DNA from: Ginglymostoma cirratum
Taxonomy: Eukaryota
Assembly: GCA_024137785.1 (NCBI GenBank)
Contig: JAHRHZ010000032.1
Location: 5,024,149 to 5,088,148, forward strand
Direction: 5' to 3'
Length of the DNA stretch: 64,000 bases
The position numbers and the translations under genes are program-made. Under the pieces are notes generated by a model. The model was not told the origin of the DNA and ran no database searches. It worked only from the letters and a program-made list of their open reading frames with translations. Positions 63,546-64,000 of this stretch are shown in pieces. Position 1 is the stretch's first letter. The number at the start of each line of letters is the position of its first letter.

Positions 63546-64000
63546 TGTTTGCAGCATCTTCTTTTTCCTCCCAGTTCTTACCTTACCACCCAGCTTTGTA
63601 TCAAAGCAAACTGGATGTATACTACTCACTGTCTCTTCATCTAATTCTTAATAAAAATTATAAATAGCTGAGGTCTAGCATTAACCCTTGCAATACTTCA
63701 CTGGTCACTGCCTACCAACTTGAAAATGCTCCATTTATGCCTTATTTCTGCTTCCTTTCCATTAACACATTCTCTATCCATATTAATTTATCACCCCACC
63801 TCCACGAAATCTGGTCCTGTCGATTAATTTTTTGTGTGGCACCTTATCAGATGCCATTTGGAAATCCAGTTAAGTCACATTCACGACTTTCCCTTATCTA
63901 CCCCACTAGTAACATCTGAAAAAAAAGGAAATTTGTCAAACAGGATTTCCCTTTTGTAAATCCATGTCAAACTTGTTTGACGATACTATGATTTTCTAAG

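Larger units (their letters stand above)
62080..64000 (-). mobile_element. Old CR1 RT region interrupted by two Penelope insertions
   Basis: Plus strand cccagctttgtatcaaagcaaact (KFADDTKLG-like on minus) and accttatcagatgccatttggaaatccag (DFQxAxDKV-like). The sequence is contiguous once 62707-63545 is removed. Confidence 0.7.

Overview
This is AT-rich vertebrate genomic DNA, very probably from a shark. The evidence is the repeat content (HE1/V-SINE, CR1, Tx1 and Penelope families); the species cannot be fixed from sequence alone. The only host gene I can support is IGSF3 (EWI-family Ig superfamily) on the minus strand. It has a clear 378-nt first-Ig-domain exon (16168-15791). A probable 731-nt 5'UTR plus signal-peptide exon (57810-57080) lies ~41 kb upstream. 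The rest is intronic and full of retroelement remains: CR1 and L2 LINE pieces, Tx1 3' ends, SINEs, solo LTRs, and many Penelope-like (PLE) ends. The most distinctive signals are: (i) several PLE families carrying minimal hammerhead-ribozyme cores, often as fold-back structures with long target-site duplications (TSDs); (ii) two different PLE families inserted at one overlapping target site; (iii) a ~295-bp inverted duplication that extends beyond a CR1 tail; (iv) a ~135-bp insert headed by tandem U2 snRNA 5' fragments; (v) a CpG-decayed tRNA-Phe copy. A 400-N assembly gap (10540-10939) sits in the centre of a young PLE fold-back. All comparisons to known sequences are from memory and by eye; none is a database result.
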